Shown piece by piece: positions 48,195 to 58,344 of a stretch of DNA of 64,000 bases (positions are counted from its first letter, which is position 1; each line of letters opens with the position of its first letter). A program made the translations under genes and the position numbers. The DNA is from Gemmatimonadota bacterium (GTDB taxonomy: Bacteria > Gemmatimonadota > Gemmatimonadetes > Gemmatimonadales > GWC2-71-9). The notes beneath the pieces were generated by a model, which was given only the letters and a program-made list of their open reading frames with translations, was not told the DNA's origin and did no database searches. Where the stretch lies: contig JBDHKN010000003.1 in NCBI GenBank assembly GCA_039586365.1, forward strand, positions 38,275 to 102,274, written 5' to 3'.

Positions 48195-49805
48195 ATGAAG
48201 TTACGCAAGATCATGTTTGTCGCTTGTGGAGCATTAATTCTGGTCGCGGGCTTCCCCAAGCTCGGTTGGAGCCAGGAACGACGCACTGTGGCCCCCGCAC
48301 CGGACCGCGGAGATCAAGGTGAGGGTCCATTCGAGCGTCTCATCATCCGGGGTGCGACGGTGATCGATGGGACAGGAGCGCCACCCATTGGACCCGTTGA
48401 TATCGTGATCGAAGGCAACACGATCGTCGAGGTGAGAAGTGTGGGAGCACCCGGCGTGCCCATTGGCGCTGACCGGCGACCCGGGAACGCAACCAGGGAG
48501 CTAGATGCCGAGGGCATGTTTGTGTTGCCCGGCTTCGTTGACATCCACGTCCATTGCGGCGGATATCCCAAGACGCCGGATGTGGAGTACGTGTACAAGC
48601 TCTGGCTTGCCCACGGCATTACGACGGTGCGCGGTGTGTCATGTGGCCCGATGGAATGGGACCTCAGGGAAAGAGAGCGGAGTGCCAACAATGAGATAGT
48701 TGCCCCCCGCATATTTGCCTACCACGTGCCGGGCACCGGCTGGGATGGCGGACCCATCCACACTCCGGAGCAGGCGCGCGAGTGGGTTCGCTGGGCGAAG
48801 GAGCGAGGAATAGACGGAATCAAGATCTTCAGCTATCCACCGGACGTCACGGAAGCGTTGTTGGACGAAGCCAAACAGCAGCAACTGGGATCGGTGGCAC
48901 ACCTTGCCCAGACCATGGTCGCAGGTGTCAACGCTCTAGATGCAGCACGGATGGGTCTCGGAACACTGACGCACTACTATGGTCTTTTCGAGGCCCTCTA
49001 CAAGGACGCCGATATTCAGGCCTGGCCGGTAGACATGAACTACAACAACGAGCAGCATCGGTTCGGCCAGGTGGCACAGCAGTGGAACATGATCTACGAA
49101 CCGGGCAGCGAAGAGTGGAACGCGCTGATCGAGGAGTTTCTGGAACTCGGCCTCATTATCGATCCCACGATGACAGCGTATTTGGCTAGCCGGGACGTGA
49201 TGCGAGCACGCAATGCCGATTGGCACGAGAGGTACACACTGCCGTCACTGTGGGATTACTATGAGCCGAATCGCGAGAATCACGGTTCCTACTACTACGA
49301 TTGGACCACGTGGGAAGAGGTGGCGTGGAAGAACTTCTACCATCGGTGGCAGCAGTTCCTGGATGATTACAAGGATGCCGGAGGACGGGTGACGGTGAGT
49401 TCGGATGCTGGGTTCATCTACAACCTGTTCGGTTTTTCGACCATCGAGGAGATGGAGTTGCTGCAGGAAGCCGGTTTCCATCCGCTCGAGGTCATTCGAG
49501 GGGCTACGATGCATGCGGCTCAGGCTCTATTCGAACCCTCGGGGAAGCCGATCGAATTCGGCGTCATCCGGCCGACTCTCCGGGCCGATCTCGTCATCGT
49601 GGAGGAGAACCCGATTGCGAACCTGAAGGTGCTGTATGGGACTGGCCACATGAGGCTCAACGACGAGACCGGGGCGATCGAGCGAGTGGGTGGTGTCAAG
49701 TACACCATCAAGGATGGCATCGTCTACGATGCCAAGGAGCTGTTGGCTGACGTAGCTCGGATGGTAGAGGAACAAAAGAGGGGCCGGGCAACGACCAGCA
49801 ATTGA
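48195..49805 (+). CDS. Exported amidohydrolase family protein
   Basis: RBS AGGAGG; signal peptide; 'IIRGATVIDGTG', 'PGFVDIHVH', 'SSDAG', 'RADLVIVEENP'. Confidence 0.88.
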   Translation: MKLRKIMFVACGALILVAGFPKLGWSQERRTVAPAPDRGDQGEGPFERLIIRGATVIDGTGAPPIGPVDIVIEGNTIVEVRSVGAPGVPIGADRRPGNATRELDAEGMFVLPGFVDIHVHCGGYPKTPDVEYVYKLWLAHGITTVRGVSCGPMEWDLRERERSANNEIVAPRIFAYHVPGTGWDGGPIHTPEQAREWVRWAKERGIDGIKIFSYPPDVTEALLDEAKQQQLGSVAHLAQTMVAGVNALDAARMGLGTLTHYYGLFEALYKDADIQAWPVDMNYNNEQHRFGQVAQQWNMIYEPGSEEWNALIEEFLELGLIIDPTMTAYLASRDVMRARNADWHERYTLPSLWDYYEPNRENHGSYYYDWTTWEEVAWKNFYHRWQQFLDDYKDAGGRVTVSSDAGFIYNLFGFSTIEEMELLQEAGFHPLEVIRGATMHAAQALFEPSGKPIEFGVIRPTLRADLVIVEENPIANLKVLYGTGHMRLNDETGAIERVGGVKYTIKDGIVYDAKELLADVARMVEEQKRGRATTSN

Positions 49806-49815
49806 CTGGGACCTA

Positions 49816-49852
49816 TCGAGTGGGGGCGGGTCGGACACCCGCTCCTGCTCGA
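49816..49852. terminator. Hairpin between convergent genes
   Basis: 16-bp stem (three G-U pairs) tcgagtgggggcgggt/acccgctcctgctcga. Confidence 0.55.
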
Positions 49853-49870
49853 GATTGTGTGCCCAGCTGT

Positions 49871-50863
49871 TCAGACTTCGACTTCAGCTCCCAGTCCCAG
49901 TTTCGCCGCTGCGTCTAACACCATTGCGGCCACTGCCACATCTTGCACTGCATTTCCGACCGACTTGAACAACGTGATCGCTTGATCGTCGGGGCGCCCT
50001 CGCTTCGTCCCCGAAACGACTTCACCCAGCTCGGCCCGGATGTCTGCCTCTGAGATCAGACCCTTCGTGCGGGGTATGATCAAGTCGCCCGCCTCCGCCC
50101 AGCATGCCTCCCGCGAGTCGACAAACAACAGTGCCCTGCTGACGATTGCGTCGGGGATCTCCTGGGTGTTGGGCGTGAAGCCACCAACTGCGTTGATGTG
50201 GGTTCCCGGCCTCACGTCAGAGGCGGCGAAAACGGGGTTTCGGGAAGTGGTCGTTGCACAAATGATGTCTGCATCCCGGACAGCCTCAGTAGGTGAGGAG
50301 GCCACGACGATGTCGGTTGGAATCCGTCCTCCGCGCATCTGCATTTCGTCGATGTAAGCTCCCGCGGTTGCCTGATCGATGTCGAATACCCAGATCTTTT
50401 CGATGGCCCGAACTTCACATACCGCTTCCAGTTGTGTGCGGCCTTGCACGCCCGCGCCGAAGATCGCAACAGTTCGGGCATCGTGGCACGCCAGCAGGTC
50501 GGTAGCCGCTCCGGACGCGGCACCTGTCCGCAAGGCGGTAAGGTAGGTTCCATCCATCACTGCGGAGGGCCGTCCTGTCTGGGCATCTACGACGATGACT
50601 AGGGCGTTGATCGTAGGAATCCCATGCGCGGCATTACGGGGAAAGACCGAAACGACTTTGATCCCTAGCTGGTCGCTCTTGCTGAGATACGCAGGCATGA
50701 ACAGAGCGACGCCGTTGTGTGGCGCGATCCCGAGTTGAGTTCGAACGGGTACGTCGGCGTGACCGCTGGAGAGCTGCGCGAATGCCTGCTTCACTATCTC
50801 TATGGTCTGAGCCATGGGAGCCACCCGGCATATCTCGTCCCTGGAAATGATGCGTAGATTCAT
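49871..50863 (-). CDS. Ornithine cyclodeaminase/mu-crystallin family protein
   Basis: 'LFMPAY', 'LTALRTGAASG.A', 'IFGAGVQG', 'GTHINAVG', 'EAGDL', 'TLFKSVG.A.QD'. Confidence 0.92.
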   Translation of the reverse strand: MNLRIISRDEICRVAPMAQTIEIVKQAFAQLSSGHADVPVRTQLGIAPHNGVALFMPAYLSKSDQLGIKVVSVFPRNAAHGIPTINALVIVVDAQTGRPSAVMDGTYLTALRTGAASGAATDLLACHDARTVAIFGAGVQGRTQLEAVCEVRAIEKIWVFDIDQATAGAYIDEMQMRGGRIPTDIVVASSPTEAVRDADIICATTTSRNPVFAASDVRPGTHINAVGGFTPNTQEIPDAIVSRALLFVDSREACWAEAGDLIIPRTKGLISEADIRAELGEVVSGTKRGRPDDQAITLFKSVGNAVQDVAVAAMVLDAAAKLGLGAEVEV

Positions 50864-51067
50864 GTGTCCAGCTCCAAGTTCTCGTTGAGTCGTGCCTGTG
50901 GGGCTCATCCGACACGGCCCATCGGTCTTCACTCGATTGGGCGCTTGAGGGAGCGCCCGCCTATTGTAGAAAGCCGACCCGAAGTTGTCGAGTCGGCTCT
51001 GTGTGGTTCCGGAAGGAGAATGGTTCTCAAAGAGTGACAACACCGCACTCCTGAAAGGAGGTCGCGC

Positions 51068-52258
51068 GTGGCTTTTGGGGTCAGTGGAGACGAGCAAAGC
51101 GACGCAAAGGTGGAGAAGAAGATCGTCAAGGCGGTTACAATGGAGACCATGGTCTCATTGGTCATCGTCATGGCATTCTTTGCCGCTTTCGCGTGGAAGA
51201 TGGGGATCGCCCACATGTTCAAGACAATGATGGGAACTGCTCATGACCTGGTACTGAATACGGTCTTGTTCCTGATGGGGGTGATCATCCTGGCAGGTGC
51301 CTTCACATCTGTCATCTCTGAGTTCGGTATCGTGAGCGTTGCCAACCGGGTTCTGTCTCCCCTCATGAAACCGCTCTTCAGACTGCCAGGCGCGACTTCG
51401 ATTGGCGTTGTGGCAACCTACTTATCGGACAATCCCGCCATCATGCCGTTGAGCGCTGACAAAGGATTCTTGAAGTACTTCAGGCGCTGGCAAGTCACGA
51501 CGTTAGTCAATCTCGGCACCGTGTTCGGGATGGGCCTCATCGTGACGACCTTCATGCTGGCACAATCATCGGGTAGTGAGCCGTTGGCTAAAGCAGTTCT
51601 ATTGGGCAACGTTGGCGCTGTTCTCGGGGGCATCGTCAGCGTGAGGCTGATGGGTTACTTCGGTAGAAAGAAGTATGGTGTAGATCAAGCCGTGATATCC
51701 GAGGAAGCAGAAGGCTATGACATTCTGCGCTACCGGGAGGTACGGGAGGGGAACGTGGCTCAACGGGTTCTTCAGGCTCTATTGGATGGCGGTGTCCATG
51801 GCGTCAAGACGGGCCTGGATATCATGCCTGGGGTCATCATCATCACAACGCTGGTGATGATGCTCTCCTACGGACCGAATGAGGGTGGGTACACAGGTGG
51901 GGCCTACGAGGGGATCGCTTTCTTTCCTTGGATCGGAGCGAAGCTATCCTTCATCATCGAGCCGTTGTTCGGATTCTCCAATCCGGAAGCAATCGCCTTT
52001 CCCGTCACGTCCCTGGGGTCCGTCGGTGCTGCGATCTCGATGGTTCCCCAGTTCCTGGAGAGCGGTATCGTCGGCGCGGAGGGAATCTGCGTCTTTACCG
52101 CCATCGGTATCTGCAATGCCGGTTTCCTGAGCACCCACGTGGGCATGATGGACGGAATCAAAGAGCGTGACCTGACCAATGTGGCCATTGCCACCCACTT
52201 CGTAGGTGGCCTCTGCGCCGGCGTCTTCGGCCACGTATTATTCCTGCTTTTTGGGTGA
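51068..52258 (+). CDS. Membrane protein of the CD0519/CD1768-like (Gate-domain) family
   Basis: 'SEFG', 'SPLMKPLF.LPG', 'TYLSDNPAI', 'NLGT.FGMGLIV', 'IAFPVTSLG.VGAA', 'LSTH'. Confidence 0.72.
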   Translation: MAFGVSGDEQSDAKVEKKIVKAVTMETMVSLVIVMAFFAAFAWKMGIAHMFKTMMGTAHDLVLNTVLFLMGVIILAGAFTSVISEFGIVSVANRVLSPLMKPLFRLPGATSIGVVATYLSDNPAIMPLSADKGFLKYFRRWQVTTLVNLGTVFGMGLIVTTFMLAQSSGSEPLAKAVLLGNVGAVLGGIVSVRLMGYFGRKKYGVDQAVISEEAEGYDILRYREVREGNVAQRVLQALLDGGVHGVKTGLDIMPGVIIITTLVMMLSYGPNEGGYTGGAYEGIAFFPWIGAKLSFIIEPLFGFSNPEAIAFPVTSLGSVGAAISMVPQFLESGIVGAEGICVFTAIGICNAGFLSTHVGMMDGIKERDLTNVAIATHFVGGLCAGVFGHVLFLLFG

Positions 52259-52361
52259 TTGAGGGCCGAGGGTGAATGAGGGTACGAGGGCACGCCTGCT
52301 GTCGTGTTCATCCAGTCCTCGAGTATGCGTGTTCGCCAGGACGGTGGGCGTTGGGCTGCAA

Positions 52362-53645
52362 TCAGCCGAACGGGCCGCGCAGAAGGGAGCAACGGTCACA
52401 AAGAACGCGATTGCGGCGACAGTTCGTACGCCAACAACCGACTTTTCTGTGTCGCGCCAGCGCGAGGCGTGCCAAGTGATCGGAATTGGAGCCTTTGACG
52501 AGGACCAGATCGCCTTCCCTCAAGAAGTCTTGGACGAAATCGTTCGCGGCTTTCAACTCGGTAAAAGCTCTTAGCCGATCCTTCCTGGTTCCCTCGGCGA
52601 GTTTCAAGGCCGAGTTGGCGTGCTTCCCTACGAAGAAGACATAGTCCGCCACTTCGAGGGCGCGTTTCGCCACCGACTTGTACTTCTGACTGGCAGTGCC
52701 GCCGTAGTCGGACAGGGTCCCGATGATGGCAATCTTGCGAGTAGCGCTCGCTGTTCGCAGGAACTCCAAGGCACTCGGCACAGACCAAAACGACGCCTTC
52801 CAATCGTCGCGAATGATTGTTGTTCCGTCTGCAAGTTGCACAGGGAACATCCGACCCAGCCACGGTTCAGTCTGTTCAACACCTCTGATAGCCACGTCCA
52901 ACGGAATCCCCATGGCCACAGACGTGGCCAGCGCTGCCAAGACACTGGACGCCCAGTGGGTACCGCACAACCGGGTACGGACCGGATAGGTCTTGCCCTG
53001 ATGGCTGACTGTCAGCGACAATCTTGCCGGCCACGCGCTGGATACGTTCGCCGCGCGAACCATGGAGTCGCGTGCACGTCCAAAGGTGACTACTCGCCCT
53101 TTGCATCGCGACGCCAAGGCTAGAACAGTGGGATCATCGGCGTTGAGTACAGCAATGCCTCTGATGGGCAGACTTTCGACCAGCTTTCCTTTTTCCCGTG
53201 CGGTCGCCTCGAGGGTTCGGAAGGCGCTGTAATGATCGCTGCCGATGTTGATTACGATCCCAATGCTCGGTCTCAAGAGATGGAGTAACTGATCCAGTGA
53301 GCCTGGCTCGCTGACACCAAGTTCTTGCACACAGTATTGACTCCAGGGCCTCAATGAGAGCACCGTCCGAGTCACGGAGTAAAGGCGGTTGTTGGAATCC
53401 TGGCTCTTGGATCCTCGAAGTTGCTGTCCCAGGGCTGCATCTATGAGATCCTTAGCCGTTGTCTTACCGCAACTTCCTGTAACACCGATGAAGACGGTGT
53501 TCCGGAGCAGCCGTCGATAGAGCAAGGACAAGAGCAGGAGCGGTCCCTTGTACGGCTTTTTCAGTGCGGGTTTGGCACGTTCGAACAGGTCGCTTACGAG
53601 TGAAACCGTCTGGGAGATCACATGCCGTGCCCGGTGCTCAGGCAT
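52362..53645 (-). CDS. Mur ligase family protein, MurF-like but lacking the N-terminal domain
   Basis: P-loop 'IGVTGSCGKTT', 'VQELG', 'NIGSDH', 'LNADD', 'GRM', 'LVKGS'; Cys-rich C-terminus. Confidence 0.85.
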   Translation of the reverse strand: MPEHRARHVISQTVSLVSDLFERAKPALKKPYKGPLLLLSLLYRRLLRNTVFIGVTGSCGKTTAKDLIDAALGQQLRGSKSQDSNNRLYSVTRTVLSLRPWSQYCVQELGVSEPGSLDQLLHLLRPSIGIVINIGSDHYSAFRTLEATAREKGKLVESLPIRGIAVLNADDPTVLALASRCKGRVVTFGRARDSMVRAANVSSAWPARLSLTVSHQGKTYPVRTRLCGTHWASSVLAALATSVAMGIPLDVAIRGVEQTEPWLGRMFPVQLADGTTIIRDDWKASFWSVPSALEFLRTASATRKIAIIGTLSDYGGTASQKYKSVAKRALEVADYVFFVGKHANSALKLAEGTRKDRLRAFTELKAANDFVQDFLREGDLVLVKGSNSDHLARLALARHRKVGCWRTNCRRNRVLCDRCSLLRGPFG

Positions 53646-53686
53646 GACTGGAACGGACTACCTGCAGTCGAGTGGCAGGGGACGCA

Positions 53687-54682
53687 CTAGGCGACGATGT
53701 GCGGGTCCTTGGCAATGGACCAGTCCAGAAGCTTGGCACAGGCGTAGACGGCCTCGATTGCTGGAGTCGGCGTGCCGGTAAGCCGACCGAGCTCAACGAT
53801 CGCCCCTACGAGCGCATCTACCTCGAGCGTTCGGCCGGCCTCCACATCCTGAAGCATCGATGTCTTATGGGCACCCACGTTTTCCGCACCCACGATGCGC
53901 CGCTCTATGGTATGCCGGAAGGTTATCCCAAGCTTGTGGGCGATCGCTGCTGCCTCCTGCATCATTGTGGCCGCGAGCTCTCGAGTTTCGGGGAAGCGGC
54001 AGATTTCGACGAGAGTCCTGCGCGTCAGTGCGCTGATTGGGTTGAACGCCAGGCTGCCCCACGCTTTTAGCCAGATCTCACCTCGAAGATCAGTGAGCAC
54101 GCGCGATCTCAGGCCCGCGCGTGTGAAAGTGTCCGCCAAGACCGTGACCCGCTCGCTCTGGGTTCCGTCCAGTTCGCCCACCGGAACACGGTCACCCTCG
54201 AGATGCTGGACTACACCCGGGGTCGGGTTCGCCGCAGCAAGATACACAATGGAGCCGATTATCCGATCGGGATCAATGTGGGACGCGCATGTTCCGTTCG
54301 GGTCTAACGAAGTCAGTCTCAGTCCGTCGAATTCGCCGCCGTGCTTCTGGAAGTACCACCATGGGATCCCGTTTTGGACAGTCACGACTGTTGTGTGCGG
54401 CTGGAAGGTTGCGGGCATGGCTGATGCTACAGATTCGATCTGATGAGCTTTCACTGCCAGAATAACAAGATCGTGAACACCGGCGTCATGCAGGTCGTCG
54501 GTTAACGGCAGGCCTTTGACGACCTCTTCCGTCCCATCTGACATGATGAGCCTGAGGCCGCTCTTCCTGATGGCGGTCAGGTTGGGTTCGAGGGTGACGA
54601 GGGTTACGTCCTCGCCGGCCTGGGCCAGTTTCACGCCCATGAACCCACCGATTGCGCCGGCTCCTACGATACATACCCGCAC
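53687..54682 (-). CDS. 2-dehydropantoate 2-reductase (PanE/ApbA) family oxidoreductase
   Basis: 'IVGAGAIGG', 'AVKAH', 'QNGIPWWYF', 'WLK', 'KTSMLQD...LE'. Confidence 0.9.
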   Translation of the reverse strand: MRVCIVGAGAIGGFMGVKLAQAGEDVTLVTLEPNLTAIRKSGLRLIMSDGTEEVVKGLPLTDDLHDAGVHDLVILAVKAHQIESVASAMPATFQPHTTVVTVQNGIPWWYFQKHGGEFDGLRLTSLDPNGTCASHIDPDRIIGSIVYLAAANPTPGVVQHLEGDRVPVGELDGTQSERVTVLADTFTRAGLRSRVLTDLRGEIWLKAWGSLAFNPISALTRRTLVEICRFPETRELAATMMQEAAAIAHKLGITFRHTIERRIVGAENVGAHKTSMLQDVEAGRTLEVDALVGAIVELGRLTGTPTPAIEAVYACAKLLDWSIAKDPHIVA

Positions 54683-55069
54683 GCAAGAGCCAAGGATCAA
54701 TAGTCGTGCCACAGCACTGACCTGGCGGGGCCAACTCGTGGACTGCCCGGCTTGGAATGACGCTGGAGGCCACGTGTTGTGGTTGGTGACGGTGGCGGCT
54801 CGTGGGTGCCATGTGCGTCAGTAGAGATCTGGTCCTTGGCCCGTCAGCCTGCTCGAGGCGTTGGGCGGGATCGAGTGGCGGTCGCCATCACGTCACACGA
54901 CGAAAACACCATGGGCTGATAGTGTCGAATTCACGCAACACGAGATCGATGTGGCGGCTAGGAGAGTATTTGACGGTACACCGGCCCGAGTTGATACGCT
55001 GGGGGCACTGTCGAGTCCAGTTGTAGACTCCCAGATTCACAACCGAGATTCCCTTAACGAAGCAAAGAC

Positions 55070-56302
55070 TTGACCGTGCGTGCTCTCGTTTTGAACTACG
55101 AATACCCTCCGCTGGGCGGCGGTGCCGGAGTGGCAACTGCGGAATTGGCTCACCGTTTGGCGCGCATGGGTGTGATGGTTCACGTCGTTACTGCACAGGA
55201 TTCCGGGGAAGCAGACGGCACCGTGCCTGATTCCGATGGAGTCGTGCTGCGGACGCCCCGCGAGGGACTCAGTGTTTATCGCGTGCGAAGCCGGAGAAAA
55301 GGGATTCACCAGGCGGGATACGGTGGTGCAGCGGGATATCTCAAGTCAGCGTTGCCCGTGATTCGCCGCCTCGTGCGCACATGGCAGTATGATATTGCTC
55401 ATCTCTTCTTCTCTCTTCCAACCGGAGCGATACTGCCGTTCGCGGGACTCGGAGGTACTCCCGTCGTCGTATCACTGCGTGGATCTGACGTTCCGGGATA
55501 CGATCCGGCAAAGCGATCTCTCCAGCTCGCACACCTCCTGCTGCGTCCGGTGACACGCTGGATTTGGAAGCGCGCGGATCGTGTGGTGGCGGTCTGTGGT
55601 GCTCTGGGGAGACTGGCGGAGCGCACGGTTCCGGATCTGTCGTTCTCAGTCATTCGCAACGGGGTGGACCTAGATCTCTTCCGTCCCGCCACGAATCGCC
55701 GCCGGCCTTTATCTGGCCACGTGCGGTGCGTTGCTGTCGCGCGCCTTGTCAAGCGGAAGGGGATCGCAGACTTGCTGCGCGCGTGGCGTCTGCTCGAACG
55801 GGGTCGTTTCTCTCTCGATATCGTCGGAACTGGCCCGATTGAGGAGAGACTCCGCGAGCTGGCTGCGAGCATTTGTCCGGGCCACGCAATTCGGTTCTTG
55901 GGCCCGATGTCGCGAGAGGGCGTAGCCGAACGCTATCGGGAAGCAGATCTCTTCACTTTGTCGCCACTCAGTGAGGCCTTTGGCAACGTCTTTGCCGAGG
56001 CGATGGCGTGCGGATTGCCCATCATTGGAACCAATGTCGGGGGGATTCCAGAGCTTGTGAGGGACGGAGAAAACGGGATACTGGTGCCTTCCGGTGACCA
56101 CCGGGCCCTCGCCGAGGCAATTCGACGGGTGGCTGACGACGAAGCGTTGCGGGATGACATGGCCGTACGCAACCGAGGATATGCCGAACGCAATCTGTCG
56201 TGGGATCGAGCGACCGACTGCTACCTGGAATTGTATGACGACCTGTTGCAGAAACGGGGCGCCAACGAGACGGATCGCGAACCGACCGTGCCTGATCGAT
56301 GA
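55070..56302 (+). CDS. Glycosyltransferase family 4
   Basis: 'NYEYPPLGGG', 'SLRGSDVPG', 'IRNGVD', 'ARL..RKG', 'EAFGNVFAEAMACGLP'. Confidence 0.93.
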   Translation: MTVRALVLNYEYPPLGGGAGVATAELAHRLARMGVMVHVVTAQDSGEADGTVPDSDGVVLRTPREGLSVYRVRSRRKGIHQAGYGGAAGYLKSALPVIRRLVRTWQYDIAHLFFSLPTGAILPFAGLGGTPVVVSLRGSDVPGYDPAKRSLQLAHLLLRPVTRWIWKRADRVVAVCGALGRLAERTVPDLSFSVIRNGVDLDLFRPATNRRRPLSGHVRCVAVARLVKRKGIADLLRAWRLLERGRFSLDIVGTGPIEERLRELAASICPGHAIRFLGPMSREGVAERYREADLFTLSPLSEAFGNVFAEAMACGLPIIGTNVGGIPELVRDGENGILVPSGDHRALAEAIRRVADDEALRDDMAVRNRGYAERNLSWDRATDCYLELYDDLLQKRGANETDREPTVPDR

Positions 56303-57588
56303 ATTTGTCCGTGCCCTATTGGTTAGCGAGGGAGGCGTTGTCGATCTTCCGCGCACCGGGTCTTCCGGCGGCAGAGGTGAAGCGACTGAGCGAGATGCGT
56401 CTTCGCGGAGCGCTGTCAGCGGCTAGCAACGTACTGTTCTATGCGCAGAGAATGCGTGGTGCCGGAGTTGACATGGAAGGCGGGATGCAAGGGCGAAACC
56501 CTTCTGATGTCTTGCGTTGCCTGCCACCGATCTCCAAGCGGGAGCTCCAGGATGCTGGGCCCACGGCGGTCAAAGGGGGGCAGATAGATCCGGGTTGGCA
56601 CTCGTCACTCTCGTCGGGCTCAACCGGGGAACCGTTGAGGGTTCATTATGACGCACGGGCGTGGACGGTTCTCAAGTATCTGGTGAAGTACCGGGCTCGA
56701 GTGGCTTGCGGCCTGCGTCCCCACCATAGGGTGGCGCTACTCGATGCAATCACACCGGACAAAGAGGGGCTGACTCTGCTTGAATGGGCTGGGCGGTTCC
56801 GTCGAATCAGCGTGTTTCGTCCACCTGAGGAAATCGCTGAGTGTTTGACTAGATATTCGCCCAATGTGGTTTACGGACTCCCGTCGTCGCTGCATGACGT
56901 GGCGGTGGAGTTGGGGAGCCAGGCGGCATCGCTGCACCTGCGAGCGGTCTTCACGAGCGGCGAGTTCTTGCTTGAGTCAGTCAGAAACCATATCAGGGAA
57001 GCCTACGCTTGTCCGGTATACGACGTCTATGGTAGCTCGGAGACGAAAGAAATCGCGTGGGAGTGTAGGGAAGGGTCACTGCACATCAACGTCGATGTCG
57101 TACTGATCGAAGTGCTACAGGATAACGGTGAGCAGGTGCCACCAGGGGACGAGGGGGAAATCGTCGCCACCCTGCTGTTCAATGAAGCAATGCCTCTCAT
57201 CCGCTACCGGACTGGCGACCGAGGCAGCCTGCTGCCTGGACGCTGCTGCTGCGGTGTGTCTTTCCCCAAGCTAGGTGTGTTGACGGGTCGAGAGGCCGAC
57301 GCTCTCCACCTGGGCAAGGACCGTCGGATCTCTCCTTACGTGCTGACTTGTGCGCTGGAGCGCATAGCTGGATTGCGCCGCTATCAGGTGACGCAGGTGC
57401 AGCGTACGGGAATCAGGGTCCGGGCTGTACGCGAAACGGGTGCTAGTCAGGATACAATTGCCCGGACGATCGAGTCAGCACTCAAACAAGCGATACCTGG
57501 TTCTCTTACTGTAACTGTCGACTTCCTGGAGCAGCTTCCTCGGGGACCAGGTGTGAAGTTCCGAGTCGTGGAGCCACTGCCAGAGTGA
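56299..57588 (+). CDS. PaaK/CapK-like adenylate-forming enzyme
   Basis: 'SSGSTGEP', 'FTSGE', 'YGSSE', 'MPLIRYRTGD'; ATGA overlap with GT4. Confidence 0.88.
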   Translation: MNLSVPYWLAREALSIFRAPGLPAAEVKRLSEMRLRGALSAASNVLFYAQRMRGAGVDMEGGMQGRNPSDVLRCLPPISKRELQDAGPTAVKGGQIDPGWHSSLSSGSTGEPLRVHYDARAWTVLKYLVKYRARVACGLRPHHRVALLDAITPDKEGLTLLEWAGRFRRISVFRPPEEIAECLTRYSPNVVYGLPSSLHDVAVELGSQAASLHLRAVFTSGEFLLESVRNHIREAYACPVYDVYGSSETKEIAWECREGSLHINVDVVLIEVLQDNGEQVPPGDEGEIVATLLFNEAMPLIRYRTGDRGSLLPGRCCCGVSFPKLGVLTGREADALHLGKDRRISPYVLTCALERIAGLRRYQVTQVQRTGIRVRAVRETGASQDTIARTIESALKQAIPGSLTVTVDFLEQLPRGPGVKFRVVEPLPE

Positions 57589-57600
57589 TGGCATGATTCT

Positions 57601-58344
57601 GTGTCCAGTCGGGGAATCCTTGCCACAAAGTCGAGCCACGATACCGTGAGTCGATCGCGGCGTTCACCGGCGGCAGCGATTAGCGGGTTCGCGCTGGATT
57701 CGGTCGCAGCTTGGAGAGAGCGGAGATTAGCCGGCGTGATCCAGGAGTGGCGCGAGTCGCTCGTCTTTCCGGTCTTCCGTCACGGGAAGCTGATTGTGAT
57801 TGAACAGAGTCTGGATGAGGAGCGCCCCCGGCATATTCCCGCTGGCGTGAGCATAGCCGTGAAATCCGACGATGACGACTGGGCGGATTTCGCTGCGATC
57901 GCCAACCGGCGCATGATTGCGCGAATGAAAAGAGCGGCTTATCGTGGCCGCACCTGTATCACAGCTCGACGTGGCAAAGAGATGATCGGGTACACCTGGA
58001 TATCTGATCGGATCGATGCCGACCTAGAACTGTTTCCCATTCGTTTGCCCGAAGACGCCGCTTACGGCTGGAATCTCTACGTAACACCGCGCGAAAGGAG
58101 TTCCGGAGTCGGCTCTGCATTGGTGAGCACCCGATTGAATCTGGCTCGGGATCGTGGCTTCCGCAGCATGTGGCGCGCGATAGATGCGAAGAATGCGCCA
58201 ACGGTTCGCACGGTCCAGAAGACGTGGGGCCGCGGCTCGCGGATAGTAGGCGAGATGGCGTACCTGAGGCTATTCGGTCGGACGCGAGGGCGACTCCTGC
58301 CTGCTGCGGCTACGACCGTAGTCCCGTCAACGCGAGAGCCGTGA
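57601..58344 (+). CDS. GNAT family acetyltransferase
   Basis: 'IGYTW', 'YGWNLYVTPRERSSGVGSAL', 'IDAKN'. Confidence 0.75.
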   Translation: MSSRGILATKSSHDTVSRSRRSPAAAISGFALDSVAAWRERRLAGVIQEWRESLVFPVFRHGKLIVIEQSLDEERPRHIPAGVSIAVKSDDDDWADFAAIANRRMIARMKRAAYRGRTCITARRGKEMIGYTWISDRIDADLELFPIRLPEDAAYGWNLYVTPRERSSGVGSALVSTRLNLARDRGFRSMWRAIDAKNAPTVRTVQKTWGRGSRIVGEMAYLRLFGRTRGRLLPAAATTVVPSTREP

